Shown here: piece after piece, positions 22,403 through 35,235 of the stretch
How the letters are laid out: the number at the start of each line of letters is the position of its first letter
Position numbering within the stretch: the first letter of the stretch is position 1
Source: an uncultured Actinomycetota bacterium
Lineage (GTDB): Bacteria > Actinomycetota > Actinomycetes > Propionibacteriales > Nocardioidaceae
Assembly: GCA_963763805.1 (NCBI GenBank)
Contig: CAVXPQ010000001.1
Coordinates: 30,911-94,910, forward strand
Direction: 5' to 3'
Length of the DNA stretch: 64,000 nt
The notes under the pieces: model-generated
Seen by the model: only the letters and a program-made list of their open reading frames with translations
The model's database searches: none
What the model was told of the DNA's origin: nothing
Made by a program: the position numbers and the translations under genes

Positions 22403-22678
22403 ATGGTCGACCCGATCAAACCACCGCCGCGCGTCAAGCGTGCCCCTGCTTCGGGGGACTGGGTCGGACGGCATCGCACCCTCGTGCGGGTGGTCGCCGT
22501 GATTGCCGGCATCATCGGCGTGCTGATGAACATCATTCATGAAGGCGGCCACCGAAACGTGATCAGCATGGTCATCGGCACCGGATTCCTGGTGCTGGCC
22601 GTATTGGCCTGGAACGCCCCAAAGCGGGTGCCGAGACCGCCGAAGTATCCCGAACGGTTCGACAAGCGCACGGAGTGA
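22403..22678 (+). CDS. Small two-TM hypothetical protein
   Basis: Two hydrophobic helices directly after gabD. Confidence 0.5.
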   Translation: MVDPIKPPPRVKRAPASGDWVGRHRTLVRVVAVIAGIIGVLMNIIHEGGHRNVISMVIGTGFLVLAVLAWNAPKRVPRPPKYPERFDKRTE

Positions 22679-22725
22679 GTGGTCTCGACAGGGCTCGACG
22701 ACGTCACCCTCGCGAAGGCGAAGGG

Positions 22726-24425
22726 CTAGATCCAGCGCTCGAACCACATCCGTGCCGCCCACTCGTCGTGGGTGAGCAGACCATCGGTCCAGATCGGCCA
22801 GAAATAGGCGAAGTTCAACAGGACCAGGACGAAGAAGGAGCCGGCGACGATCGCGCCGAAGGTACGCCGAGGAGAGGGGCCCGGCCACCGGGCCAAGGAG
22901 CTTTCCCGATGGCCAACGTGATCGCGAGGATCGTGAACGGCACGGTCGCGATGGCGTAGAAACTGAAGAGCATCGGCCGGTAGTCGTAGTAGATCCACGG
23001 CAGCCAGGTCGCGCCCGCACCGATCACACACAGTCCGAACCGCCAATCTCGGGCAAACAACCATTGGCCCACGGCGTACAACAACGCGATGGCGCCACCC
23101 CACCACAGGACCGGTGTTCCGATGAGCAGGACCTGACGCAGACAATCCGAGCCGGCTGGAGCGTCGCAGCCCTGCTCTCCGGGCTGGATCCCGAGTTGGG
23201 CATCGACGCCGACCGGTCGGTTCAGCAGCAGCCAACCCCGAGGGTTCGAGGCGTACGTGTGCTCGCTCTCGTTCAAGAAGTGCGTGTGGAACACCCAGAT
23301 GTCGCGGTGGTAGTGAGCGAGTGAGCGCAGGGATTGGGACACCTCGCCGAGCCCCTGGGCGTCCGGCTCGTTTGCCGTGGGCCACTGCTGGCCGCCCGCG
23401 TACGTCGTGTACTGCGACTCCGAGAGGGCGCGTTCGTATTCGCCCGCGTGGACCAGCCATCCGGTCCAGGTCGCGACGTACACGATCATCGCGACCATGA
23501 CGAGCTGGACGAAGGCGGGGACGCCGTCGACGAGGGCAGACTTCAGCACCGGCCAACGGACGCCGAAGGAGCGCCGCGCGCCCGCGCTCCACAGCCAGAC
23601 AAGTAGGCCGAAGGCGGCAAGTGGAATGAGCGCGGACCACTTGGAGCCGATCGCCAACCCGAACGAGATGCCCCCGGCGATCAACCACGGTCGGACCAGC
23701 ATCGATCGCACAGGCCCCCAGCCGTGCGCGGGGTCGACCCGACTATGGGTCCGCCGGTCGGGCCGCCGGTCGATGCGTTTGGCCATGCGCACCCGGAAGG
23801 ATTGGCGGTCGGCCACGATGCAGTGGACGCCACACAGCAGGAACAACGCCATGAAGATGTCCAACAGCGCCAATCGGGACAGCACCAGGTGCATCCCGTC
23901 GAAGCACAACAACAGGCCGGCGATGCAGCCGAGCGCCGTGGAACCGGTGACCCGACGCGCGAGTCGGCACATGACCAAGACCATGAGCGAGCCGGCAACG
24001 GCGGCAGCGACCCGCCAGCCGAACGGGTCCAGGCCGAACACGCTCTCGCCGGCTGCGATCAGCCACTTCCCGACCTCCGGGTGGACGATGATCGACGGGT
24101 CCTGGCCCCAGAGATTGGACGACTGGCCGGCCAGGATCTTGTCGTCCGCACCCTCGACGTACTCCCTGACGTAGCCGAAATGTGCGAGCGACCACGCGTC
24201 CTTGGCGTAGTAGGTCTCGTCGAAGGAGAACGCGTGTGGCCTGCCCAAGTGCCAAAGCCGCAGATAGAGGGCCAGTGCCGCGATCGCGAGCGCGGACGCC
24301 CATCCCCACATCCGATCGTCCAGGGAGTGGCTGGCCCTGGCGCGCTCAGCCGCGAGGGGTACTTCGTCGCCGCTTGCGGTCTCCGAGAGCCCGATGAGTT
24401 CGCGCTCGTCGGTCCCGGTCGTCAC
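22726..24425 (-). CDS. pmt: Protein O-mannosyltransferase (frameshift near the C-terminus)
   Basis: FDETYYAKDA, HPEVGKW, SRLALLD, KWS; divergent from rsmI as in other actinobacteria. Confidence 0.9.
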
Positions 24426-24515
24426 CCGTTGAACTCTACGGGGTCATTCCGAGCCGGTTTTCGAGCGCCGCGAGCGGTTTCTCGACCGGCGCGCGTCACC
24501 TGCGACAATCGTCGG

Positions 24516-25373
24516 ATGCCCGGTGTCTTGGTTCTCGCGGCGACCCCGATCGGCCGGGTCGGTGATGCCTCTGCCCGCCTCGTCGAGGAATTGCAGGGCG
24601 CCGATGTGATCGCCGCTGAAGACACCCGGCGATTTCGGCGACTCACGAGCGAACTCGGCGTGACGATCGAGGCACTGGTGGTGTCCTACTTCGATGGCAA
24701 CGAGGCCACCCGCACGCTCTCGCTGATGGAACTGTTGAAGGAGGGATCTCGGGTGCTGTTGGTGACCGACGCCGGCATGCCTAGCGTTTCCGACCCCGGC
24801 TATCGACTCGTGACCGCGGCGATCGCCGCGGACATCCAGGTCACCGCGCTGCCCGGTCCTTCAGCCGTGCTCACCGCGTTGGCCGTCTCTGGGCTGCCGG
24901 TCGATCGGTTCTGTTTCGAGGGCTTCCTGCCTCGGAAGGCCGGCGAACGAGGCCGGCGGCTCGAATCGCTGGCTCACGAGACCCGGACGATGGTCTTCTT
25001 CGAGGCGCCTCATCGAACCCAAGCCGCCTTGAGTGCGATGGCGACGGCGTTCGGCCCCGATCGCCGCGCGGCCGTCTGCCGGGAACTCACCAAGACCCAT
25101 GAAGAGGTACGCCGTGGCTCGGTGGGGGAATTGGCGACCTGGGCCTCGAACGGCGTCCGAGGTGAGGTCACGCTTGTCGTGTCCGGATCGACCGGCCCGC
25201 CCGGCGTACCGACTGATGCGGCGAGTCTGAGGGCCGCGGTGGGCGAAGCAGAGTCGGTCGGCATGCCTCGTCGCGACGCCATCCTCGACGTCGCGAAGCG
25301 ATCGGGGCTCCCCAAGCGCGAGGTCTACAACGCCGTTCACCTGGGCGCGGATCACATGGACGCCGATGGCTGA
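24516..25373 (+). CDS. rsmI: 16S rRNA C1402 2'-O-methyltransferase
   Basis: ATPIG, AAEDTR, DAGMPSVSDPG, RELTKTHEE. Confidence 0.95.
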   Translation: MPGVLVLAATPIGRVGDASARLVEELQGADVIAAEDTRRFRRLTSELGVTIEALVVSYFDGNEATRTLSLMELLKEGSRVLLVTDAGMPSVSDPGYRLVTAAIAADIQVTALPGPSAVLTALAVSGLPVDRFCFEGFLPRKAGERGRRLESLAHETRTMVFFEAPHRTQAALSAMATAFGPDRRAAVCRELTKTHEEVRRGSVGELATWASNGVRGEVTLVVSGSTGPPGVPTDAASLRAAVGEAESVGMPRRDAILDVAKRSGLPKREVYNAVHLGADHMDADG

Positions 25374-26220
25374 CCTCGAGCGACCGCCGAGTCCGGAGCC
25401 TTTGCCGCACCCGGTCGCAGACAACCATTGTCACCTCGACGTCAGCCGCGGGGCAGGACCCCGGCAAACACCACAGGAAGACGTCGACCGCGCGATCACC
25501 GAAGCGACGACCGTCAATGTCACTCGTATCGTCCAGATCGGGTGCGATGTGGTCGGTGCGCACTGGGCGGTCGGAGCGGCGCAGCGCCACCCCGAACTCG
25601 TAGCTGCCGTGGCGATCCACCCCAATGACGTGCCTCGGCTGGCCGCGCGGGATGAACTCACATCGGCGCTGGCGGAGATCGAAGGCTTGGCTGCGGATCC
25701 CATGGTGAGGGCCATCGGCGAAACCGGGCTCGATCACTTCCGCACGCCGGAAGGGCCCGAGTGGGCGGTCCAGGCGGAGTCGTTCGCCTGGCACATCGAT
25801 CTCGCCAAAAGGCTGGACAAGACGCTGGTGATTCACGATCGCGACTCACACCAGGAGGTCCTCGACGTGCTCGACTCCGAGGGCATTCCTGAGCGGTGGG
25901 TGATGCATTGCTTCTCGGGTGATGAGGAGTTCGCGAGGCAGTGTCTCGACCGCGGCGCCTACCTCAGTTTTGCGGGGACGGTCACCTTCGCCAACGCCCA
26001 GCACCTCCGGGACGCGTTGGCGATCACGCCCCAAGATCGGGTCCTGGTGGAGACGGATGCGCCATTCCTGACCCCCCATCCGTACCGAGGCGCCACCAAC
26101 GCGTCGTACCTCATTCCGCTCACCATGCGGTTGATGGCTCAGGTGCGTCATGAGGACCTCGGAGCCCTCTGTGTGGCGGTCGACGGCAACACGACGAAGG
26201 CCTTCGGAGGGGTCTGGTAG
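25366..26220 (+). CDS. tatD: TatD-family hydrolase
   Basis: DNHCHLD, IGETGLD, IHDRD, VETDAPFL. Confidence 0.93.
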   Translation: MADLERPPSPEPLPHPVADNHCHLDVSRGAGPRQTPQEDVDRAITEATTVNVTRIVQIGCDVVGAHWAVGAAQRHPELVAAVAIHPNDVPRLAARDELTSALAEIEGLAADPMVRAIGETGLDHFRTPEGPEWAVQAESFAWHIDLAKRLDKTLVIHDRDSHQEVLDVLDSEGIPERWVMHCFSGDEEFARQCLDRGAYLSFAGTVTFANAQHLRDALAITPQDRVLVETDAPFLTPHPYRGATNASYLIPLTMRLMAQVRHEDLGALCVAVDGNTTKAFGGVW

Positions 26221-26316
26221 TGGACTGACGAGTTGTCTTTCGCGTCCGAGCCCCGTTATCGTTTCGTGATTGTTGGCCAGGTACGAGTCCTGGAACGTTC
26301 AAGCAATAGGGAATAG

Positions 26317-27519
<1,203 letters not shown>

Positions 27520-27609
27520 TCCTTCGGTCCCAGCCAGCCTCGCTCAACGCTGTCGGTGGTGATTGCTCCGCTGCGCGATGGGGCTGGGACTTCGCACTAC
27601 GCTGGACGC

Positions 27610-28485
27610 ATGTCCGAGCCGCGACTGCTGGGGGCAGCCGAGATTCGCGACCTGGCAGCCGAACTCGACCTGCGGCCCACCAAGCAAATGGGGCAGAACT
27701 TCGTCATCGACCCGAATACCGTGCGCCGGATCGTCCGCGAGTCCAGGATTGACTCGGACGACATCGTGATCGAGATCGGACCTGGGTTGGGCTCGCTGAC
27801 GCTCGCGCTGCTTGGCGTTGCCCGTGAGGTGGTCGCGGTCGAACTGGACGCTCGGTTGGCCGCTCGCCTGCCCGCTACGGTCGCCGCCTACGCCCCGGAC
27901 CAGGCGGCCGCCCTCACCGTCATACAAGCGGACGCCATGCGTATCGAGAACGTGCCGGGCAGTCCCACCGCACTCGTGGCGAACCTGCCCTACAACGTCT
28001 CAGTGCCCGTCCTGCTGCACCTGTTGGCGCTGCTGCCGAGCCTGCAGCGTGGGTTGGTGATGGTTCAGGCCGAGGTTGCGGATCGTCTGGCTGCACCCCC
28101 TGGGTCGAAGATCTATGGCATCCCCTCGGTCAAGGCCGCGTGGTTTGCCGACGTACGCCGAGCAGGCACGGTGGGCCGCAACGTGTTCTGGCCGGCCCCC
28201 AACGTGGACTCTGGTTTGGTGGCGTGGAGCCGTCGTGAACCGCCGGAGACGTCGGCCAGCCGACAGCAGGTGTTCGCGGTCGTGGACGCGGCGTTCGCCC
28301 AGCGACGCAAGACGCTGCGGGCGGCCCTGCGCGAACTCGCCGGCTCGAGTGCGGCGGCCACCGCCGCACTGATCGCTGCGGGTATCGATCCGATGACCCG
28401 AGGCGAAGCCGTCGACGTGGCTGGCTTTGCACGCATCGCCCAGGCACTGTGGCTCGACCCGAACACGGCAGGATGGGGCGCGTGA
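27610..28485 (+). CDS. rsmA: 16S rRNA dimethyladenosine transferase
   Basis: [23 protein letters not shown]. Confidence 0.95.
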   Translation: MSEPRLLGAAEIRDLAAELDLRPTKQMGQNFVIDPNTVRRIVRESRIDSDDIVIEIGPGLGSLTLALLGVAREVVAVELDARLAARLPATVAAYAPDQAAALTVIQADAMRIENVPGSPTALVANLPYNVSVPVLLHLLALLPSLQRGLVMVQAEVADRLAAPPGSKIYGIPSVKAAWFADVRRAGTVGRNVFWPAPNVDSGLVAWSRREPPETSASRQQVFAVVDAAFAQRRKTLRAALRELAGSSAAATAALIAAGIDPMTRGEAVDVAGFARIAQALWLDPNTAGWGA

Positions 28486-29390
28486 GCACCCCGACCACCT
28501 TCACGGTGAGAGCGCCAGCGAAGCTGAACCTTCACCTCGGTGTCGGGGCTGCCCGCGAGGACGGCTTCCATCCCCTCGACACCGTCTACCAGGCGATCGG
28601 CATCTATGACGACGTGTCCGCGTCTCCTGCCAGGCGCTGGAATGTCTCGGTACACGCCGCGGACTACATCGATGCCGACTTGGTCCCGGTGGGCAGCGAC
28701 AACATCGTCGATCGCGCTTCGCGCCTGCTGGTGACGGGCAGGCGGCCGAGCACGGAGATTCGGATCCGCAAGGACATCCCGATCGCCGCGGGCATGGCGG
28801 GAGGATCGGCTGATGGTGCCGCCGCTTTGGTCGCACTCGACCGCCTGTGGGACTGCCAGACCTCCGATGAGGAGATGCTCCGGCTCGCCGCCGAACTCGG
28901 TAGCGACGTGCCCTTTGCGTTGGTCGGAGGATCGGCCCACGGCACCGGACGAGGAGAATTGGTGGACCCGGTCAATGACGCCGGCTCGTGGTGGTGGGTG
29001 GCCGCGCTCTCAAGCACGGGCCTCTCGACGCCAGCCGTCTATGCCCATTGGGACCGGATGTTTCCCGACGCCTCATCCGAGCCGACCAGCGCATTGCCCG
29101 TGCTGACCGCGGTTGCCTCCGGGAATGCGAGGGCCCTCGCAAGGGCGATGCACAATGATCTCGAGGCCGCGGCCTTTGACCTTCGTCCGGACCTGGCCGA
29201 CTTGGTGGCCCGTGGGGAATCAGAAGGAGCGCTGCGAGGCATGGTGACGGGATCCGGGCCGACCTGTGTCTTCTTGTGTTCGTCGGCCGATCATGCCCGT
29301 GAGATGGCCGCGGCGATCGGCGGCCCACAACACGTCGTACTTGTTGCAAACGGGCCCGTCGCTGGCGCTCATCTCGTGAGATATCCGTGA
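28482..29390 (+). CDS. ispE: CDP-ME kinase
   Basis: [27 protein letters not shown]. Confidence 0.95.
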   Translation: MSTPTTFTVRAPAKLNLHLGVGAAREDGFHPLDTVYQAIGIYDDVSASPARRWNVSVHAADYIDADLVPVGSDNIVDRASRLLVTGRRPSTEIRIRKDIPIAAGMAGGSADGAAALVALDRLWDCQTSDEEMLRLAAELGSDVPFALVGGSAHGTGRGELVDPVNDAGSWWWVAALSSTGLSTPAVYAHWDRMFPDASSEPTSALPVLTAVASGNARALARAMHNDLEAAAFDLRPDLADLVARGESEGALRGMVTGSGPTCVFLCSSADHAREMAAAIGGPQHVVLVANGPVAGAHLVRYP

Positions 29391-31161
29391 GCAACCTGGT
29401 CAACCTGGAGCGGGTTTCGAAGGCGTACGGCGTCCGACCCCTGCTGTCCGAAGTCTCCCTCGGGGTCGGCATGGGTGACCGCATTGGTGTCGTCGGGCGC
29501 AATGGGGATGGCAAGACCACCCTGCTGCGACTGCTGACGGGTCACGAAGTTCCGGATACGGGCCGCGTCTCCCAGACCCGTGGACTGCTCATCGGATATC
29601 TGCGCCAAGGCGATGAACTCGACGACACCCATACGGTTCGCGAGGCGGTGCTGGGCGGGCGGTCCGACCATGAGTGGGCCGCGGACTTCCGCACCCGCGA
29701 AGTCGTCGAGGTGTTGTTGGCGGGAGTATCACTCGATCGGGCCGTCATTGGCCTGTCCGGCGGCGAGCGGCGCCGATGTGCCCTGGCTGAACTCTTGCTG
29801 GGCGAACACGATCTGATCGTCCTCGACGAGCCGACCAACCACCTCGATGTCGAGGCGGTCGCCTGGCTTGCTCAACATCTGGCCGCCCGAGCATCGGCGA
29901 TGGTCGTGGTGACCCACGACCGATGGTTCCTGGATGAGGTCTGCCAGTGGACGTGGGAGGTTCACGACGGGGATGTCGACGTCTACGAGGGCGGGTACGC
30001 CGCGTTCGTGCTGGCCAAGGCAGAACGGCACGCGGCAATCAGCGGCAACGGAGGTACGCCGACAGAATCTGATGCGCAAGGAGTTGGCATGGTTGAGGCG
30101 CGGTGCACCCGCTCGAACAGCCAAGCCGAAGTTCCGCATCGATGCGGCGAACGCGCTGATCGACGACGTACCGCCTCCGCGTGATCGCCTGGAACTCCAA
30201 CGGTTCGCGACGCAACGTTTGGGCAAGGACGTCATCGATATGGAAGACGTCGACCTGGCTCGTGGGGACAAGGTGTTGCTGACCGGCGCCACGTGGCGGC
30301 TCGGAGCTGGGGATCGGGTCGGGATCGTCGGTGTCAACGGGGCCGGCAAGACCTCCTTGTTGCAACTCCTGGCGGGGACGCTGGCACCGTCGGTTGGCCG
30401 GGTGAAACACGGTCGGACGGTGACCCTCCAGCACCTGACGCAGCAATTGGACGACCTGGATCCTCAGGCCCGGGTGTTGCCGACAGTGGAGTCGATCAGG
30501 CGGATCGCCAAGACGGCAGACGGCGAGATCTCGGCGTCCTCATTGTTGGAGCGCTTCGGATTCACCGGGGATCGCTTGACCGCGCGGCTCGGCGATCTGT
30601 CCGGTGGTGAGCGGCGACGCTTTCAATTGCTCCGGATCCTGCTGACCGAACCCAATGTGCTGCTGTTGGACGAACCGACCAACGACTTGGACATCGAGAC
30701 GCTGAACGTGATGGAGGACTTCCTCGACAGTTGGCCCGGGACCCTCGTGGTGGTGACTCACGATCGCTACTTCCTCGAGCGAGTGACCGATTCGGTGTGG
30801 GCCTTGCTGGGCGACGGCCAGGTGTCGATGCTTCCCCGCGGGGTGGACGAGTACCTCGAGAGGCGCTCGGCTTCCTTGGCTTCGGCCACACCCTCGGGTG
30901 GCCCCGTTCGCGCGTCAGTCCAGGTGGCCAAGGCCAAAGCGGGAAGCGCTGACGAGCGGGCCGCACGCAAACAGGTCGAGCGGTTGGACAAGCAACTCGC
31001 ACGGTTGGCGGCGCGGGATCTGGAGTTGCAGAAGCGGATCGCGGAGTCCGCCGACGACTATGTCGCGTTGGCCGGGCTCAGTGCCGAACTCGACGTACTT
31101 CACGCGCGAGCGCGACGACCTGGAATTGCAGTGGCTCGAAGCCGCCGAGGTGTTGGAGTAG
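29387..31161 (+). CDS. ABC-F family ATPase (two frameshifts)
   Basis: Two NBDs: GRNGDGKTT/LSGGE/DEPTN and GVNGAGKT/LSGGE/DEPTN. Confidence 0.9.
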
Positions 31162-31201
31162 CTGCTGCTGCCTGTGAGGTCTCGGCTGTGGCAGTGACGT
31201 C

Positions 31202-31690
31202 TCAGCGGGAGAAGGGGACCAGCAGGCCGCGCAGGAGCCCGGCCAACCGTCGATGATCGCCCTCGGAGAGATCGGCCAACAGGCCTTGCTCGGCCTCGAG
31301 CAGCGCACCGAAGGCGCCGTCGACAGCGGACTTGCCCTCCGGTGACAGGCGCACCAGAACACCGCGTCGGTCGTTCGGGTCGGGTGACCGGAGGACGAAT
31401 CCACGAGCCTCGAGTCGGTCAACGCGATTGGTCATCGTGCCACTGGTGACCAAGGTTTCGCGGAGCAGCCGGCCGGGGGAGAGTTCGTACGGCGCGCCGG
31501 CGCGTCTGAGTGCAGCCAACACGTCGAACTCCCAGGACTCGATCCCGTGCGCCTCGAACGCCTCTCGCCGCGCTAGATCCAGGCGGCGGGAGAGCCGACT
31601 GATCCGGCTGAAGATTTCGACTGGGCCGAGGTCGAGATCGGGGCGTTCGCGGGCCCAGGCATCCACCAGGTCGTCGACTTCGTCCCGCAT
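31202..31690 (-). CDS. tamR: MarR-family regulator, TamR/UrtR type
   Basis: DEVDDLVDAWARERPDLD, WEFDVLAALRRAG, VTSGTMTNRVDRL. Confidence 0.8.
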   Translation of the reverse strand: MRDEVDDLVDAWARERPDLDLGPVEIFSRISRLSRRLDLARREAFEAHGIESWEFDVLAALRRAGAPYELSPGRLLRETLVTSGTMTNRVDRLEARGFVLRSPDPNDRRGVLVRLSPEGKSAVDGAFGALLEAEQGLLADLSEGDHRRLAGLLRGLLVPFSR

Positions 31691-31716
31691 CGAATTCAGT
31701 GTACCGATTCGTCAAG

Positions 31717-31734
31717 AATCTTGATGTCGAGAGT
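31717..31734. promoter_or_regulatory. Candidate TamR operator
   Basis: Imperfect dyad AATCTTGATGTCGAGAGT just upstream of tamR. Confidence 0.55.
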
Positions 31735-31832
31735 TCTTCGGGGCGTTCCAGGGCGGCTTGGTTTTCGACCTGTGACCTGCCGCACTAGATTGCACACACA
31801 AGATCCGGGGACGTGCGGTCAGGGGGGTGTGA

Positions 31833-32744
31833 ATGGACACGCAGATTCTGCTGTCCGCGTTCTTTGCGCTCGCCTCGGCGATTTGTTTCGCCTTCTCGAC
31901 GTCCCTGCAGCACCGGGTCGCGGGCGATGCACCCCATGGTGGCGGGTTGGTCGGCATCATGCGCTTCGTCGTCACCCGCAAGGTTTGGATCGTCGGCGCC
32001 ATGTTGGGCTTCGTTGCCCTGATCCTGCATGCGCTTGCGCTCAACAAGGGTGCGATCGCTCTGGTGCAACCGATCATCGTGAGCGCCGTCCCGCTCGCGG
32101 TGGTGTTCCGGGCCGCCCTCGATCGCACCCTCCCACCACGACGCGAGCTGATCGGCGTCACCATCACGATGGTCGCGCTCGGGACCTTCCTGGTGATCTC
32201 CGATACGACAGCGGAGAACGTCGCCGACGATCGCAGCGCGATGATCTTCTGGGGTGTGTCCGCAGCGTGCGCAGCCGCGCTGGTGGGGGTCGCGAGCCGG
32301 ATAGCGAAGCACGGACGAGCAGCCTTCGTACTCGGCATGGCCAGCGGAGTGTGTTTCGGTCTGACCGCGGGAGTGCTCAAGATGCTGAGCAACGACTTCG
32401 GCGCGGACGGCGTGATGGGTGTGCTCACCACGTGGCACCTGCTGGCCCTGCTCGGCTCTGGCCTGGCCGGAGTCGCCATCAATCAGCGCTCCTATCAGCT
32501 GGCGCCGCTCTCCACCTCCATGCCCGTGCTCAACGTCGTGGATGTGTTGGTGGCGCTGGCCTTCGGTGTCGTGGTCTTCGGTGAGGTGCCGACGACGCAA
32601 TCCCTTCGGGATCTTCTTGCTGGCGGTTTGCCTAGTGCTGATGGGCGTCGGTTTGCGTATGCTCGCTCATGCCCCATCCCGATGCACCCGAATAGCTCGG
32701 CTCTCGACGTTGAGGATGCCGACTCTGAGATTGGCCGCTCATGA
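31833..32744 (+). CDS. DMT-superfamily transporter (local frameshifts near the C-terminus)
   Basis: STSLQHR, ALVQPI, QRSYQLAPL; about 9 TM segments. Confidence 0.75.
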   Translation: MDTQILLSAFFALASAICFAFSTSLQHRVAGDAPHGGGLVGIMRFVVTRKVWIVGAMLGFVALILHALALNKGAIALVQPIIVSAVPLAVVFRAALDRTLPPRRELIGVTITMVALGTFLVISDTTAENVADDRSAMIFWGVSAACAAALVGVASRIAKHGRAAFVLGMASGVCFGLTAGVLKMLSNDFGADGVMGVLTTWHLLALLGSGLAGVAINQRSYQLAPLSTSMPVLNVVDVLVALAFGVVVFGEVPTTQSLRDLLAGGLPSADGRRFAYARSCPIPMHPNSSALDVEDADSEIGRS

Positions 32745-33659
32745 CCTGGTTGTTCGGCGCACTCCTCGGACTGCTGGCTGGAGCCCACGTCTCGACCTGG
32801 GGTGCCTACAAGGACTCTCCGTTCGAGGGATTCCACTGGAACCGGTTCTGGCGCAGCATCGTCCTCGCGGTCGTCATCGGGGCGTTGCTCAGTGGCGCCA
32901 TCGGGTTTGATCGCGCCGAGTCCATGATCGTGTTGTTGGGTGCGATCTATTGCCTCGAACGCCTGCTCACCGAGTTCTGGAAGCTGTTCATCCGCGACCA
33001 TCAGGCAAGTACGTTCGCGATCCCGATGCGGTTCGGCATCCTCGGGCGTCCCGTCGACAATGCTCGACTGCGTCACGTGATCGGCGTCGTAGCCGTCAGC
33101 TTCATCCTCCTGGTCTGCGTCATCGTCACGTGGTTCCAGCATGCGTTCCCCACCCAGTCGCGAGTGGTTCGTCATTCTCGTTGCCGGGATCAGTGGCTGG
33201 CTGACCGCCATCGGCGGCGCATGGAAGGACGCTCCGGTCGAGGGCTTCAGCGGTTGGAAGTTCCTGCGTAGTCCGGTCGTCGCCACCGCCTGGGCGTTGC
33301 CGCTCTCCTTCCTGACCGACAACTGGGTGCTGCTGTCCTTCTCGGCCGGTGGATTCGCGGTGGCGTCGATCGAGACCTACAAGGCCTTCCTGGTGCGGAA
33401 TCGGCCGCCTGGAAAGTTCGACGGTAAGCCGGTGCTCTATCACTACGCCTATCGGCGAGATGTCTTGGCGGGTGCCCATGCACTGCTCTGGGGTGCCCTT
33501 GCGTTCTTCCTGACTTATGGACTGATCGGCCCGGCATCGCCGCCGAGTTTCGATGCGGAGGCGATCGCCCAGGCAACGGTGGCCGTCCTGGCCGCGCTGG
33601 GCTCCGGGTTGGTGACGAGTCGGGCGCTGGTGATGCGTCCGCTCACCCTGACGGCGTAA
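32741..33659 (+). CDS. Internally duplicated membrane protein of unknown function (frameshift near 33160)
   Basis: [19 protein letters not shown] and [19 protein letters not shown] repeats. Confidence 0.65.
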
Positions 33660-33715
33660 GTCGACCGCGACCAAATCGACTGCTTGTGGCCACTTCGCCG
33701 TACCCTGGTCCGGCT

Positions 33716-35209
33716 ATGACCGTCACTGTTGCCCCCTCCTCGACCTCGCCGCGCACTTACGAGGTCATCACCTACGGGTGCCAGATGAATGTCCACGACT
33801 CGGAGCGATTGACCGGGTTGCTCGAGGACGCCGGGTATGTCGCTGTGGACGCAGATCGGCAGGCCGATGTTGTCGTCTTCAACACGTGCGCCGTGCGGGA
33901 GAACGCCGACAACCGGCTCTATGGAAACCTCGGCCATCTCGCTCCAGTGAAGGCGGCTCACCCTGGGATGCAGATCGCCGTGGGTGGTTGCCTGGCGCAG
34001 AAGGACCGGCAGGTGATCACCGAGAAGGCGCCATGGGTCGACGTGGTCTTCGGCACCCACAACATCGGGTCGTTGCCGGTGCTGCTCGAGCGTGCGCGCT
34101 CACTGGATGAGGCCCAGGTGGAGATCCTGGAGTCGCTGGATGTCTTTCCCTCGACGCTTCCGACGAAGCGCGAGTCGGCGTACGCCGCGTGGGTGTCGAT
34201 CTCCGTCGGCTGCAACAACACGTGCACCTTCTGCATCGTGCCCGCCTTGCGGGGCAAGGAGAAGGATCGGCGGCCCGGCGACATCCTGGCCGAGATCGAG
34301 GCGCTGGTCGCCGAGGGCGTCAGCGAGGTCACGCTGCTCGGGCAGAACGTCAACGCCTACGGCGTCGAGTTCGGTGATCGCGAGGCCTTCTCCAAACTGC
34401 TCCGCTCGTGCGGTGAGATCGACGGCTTGGAGCGCGTCCGGTTCACGTCTCCTCACCCGGCCGAGTTCACCGACGACGTGATCGTCGCGATGGCGGAGAC
34501 ACCCAATGTGATGCCCTCCCTGCACATGCCGCTTCAATCCGGTTCGGATCGGGTTCTGCGCGCGATGCGGCGGTCCTATCGCCAATCGCGCTACCTCGGA
34601 ATCATCGATCGTGTGCGCGCGGCCATGCCCGAGGCGGCCATCACGACGGACATCATCGTGGGCTTTCCTGGCGAGACCGAGGAGGACTTCCAAGCCACCC
34701 TGGACGTCGTACGCCAGGCCCGCTTCGCGGGTGCCTTCACCTTCCAATACTCCAAACGGCCCGGAACTCCGGCGGCCGATCTGCCCGATCAGATCTCCAA
34801 GGCCGTCGTGCAGGAGCGCTACGAGCGCCTGGCCGCGCTTGGTGAACGACATCGCCTGGGAAGAGAACAAGGCCCTGGTCGGTCGGCGGGTCGAACTCAT
34901 GGTTGCCGACGGCGGAGGGCGCAAGGATGCCGCCACCCATCGACTATCCGGGCGTGGACCGGACAATCGCCTGGTGCACTTCACGCCCCCGGGCTCCGAG
35001 ACGGCCCAGATCCGGCCGGGCGACGTGGTCACTGTCGAGATCACCTACGGCGCACCGCACCACTCATGGCCGACGGTCCCGTGCTCGACGTACGGCGTAC
35101 TCGTTCCGGCGACGCCTGGGACGCCCGCACGGCCACTCCAGCACCGGCGACCTCCGTCGGCCTCGGCATGCCCGCAGTCGGCGCCCCTGTGGAGAGCCGG
35201 CTCGCCTGA
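33716..35209 (+). CDS. miaB: tRNA methylthiotransferase (frameshifts in the TRAM region)
   Basis: [22 protein letters not shown]. Confidence 0.95.
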   Translation: MTVTVAPSSTSPRTYEVITYGCQMNVHDSERLTGLLEDAGYVAVDADRQADVVVFNTCAVRENADNRLYGNLGHLAPVKAAHPGMQIAVGGCLAQKDRQVITEKAPWVDVVFGTHNIGSLPVLLERARSLDEAQVEILESLDVFPSTLPTKRESAYAAWVSISVGCNNTCTFCIVPALRGKEKDRRPGDILAEIEALVAEGVSEVTLLGQNVNAYGVEFGDREAFSKLLRSCGEIDGLERVRFTSPHPAEFTDDVIVAMAETPNVMPSLHMPLQSGSDRVLRAMRRSYRQSRYLGIIDRVRAAMPEAAITTDIIVGFPGETEEDFQATLDVVRQARFAGAFTFQYSKRPGTPAADLPDQISKAVVQERYERLAALGERHRLGREQGPGRSAGRTHGCRRRRAQGCRHPSTIRAWTGQSPGALHAPGLRDGPDPAGRRGHCRDHLRRTAPLMADGPVLDVRRTRSGDAWDARTATPAPATSVGLGMPAVGAPVESRLA

Positions 35210-35235
35210 TCCGCTAATTGCGACACGCTAGCGCC

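Noticed and set aside
27527-27590. GTCCCAGCC...GGCTGGGAC dyad after rpfB as a third copy of the 91-bp element
   Set aside because: Only a short core is shared and the arm orientation is reversed; insufficient evidence
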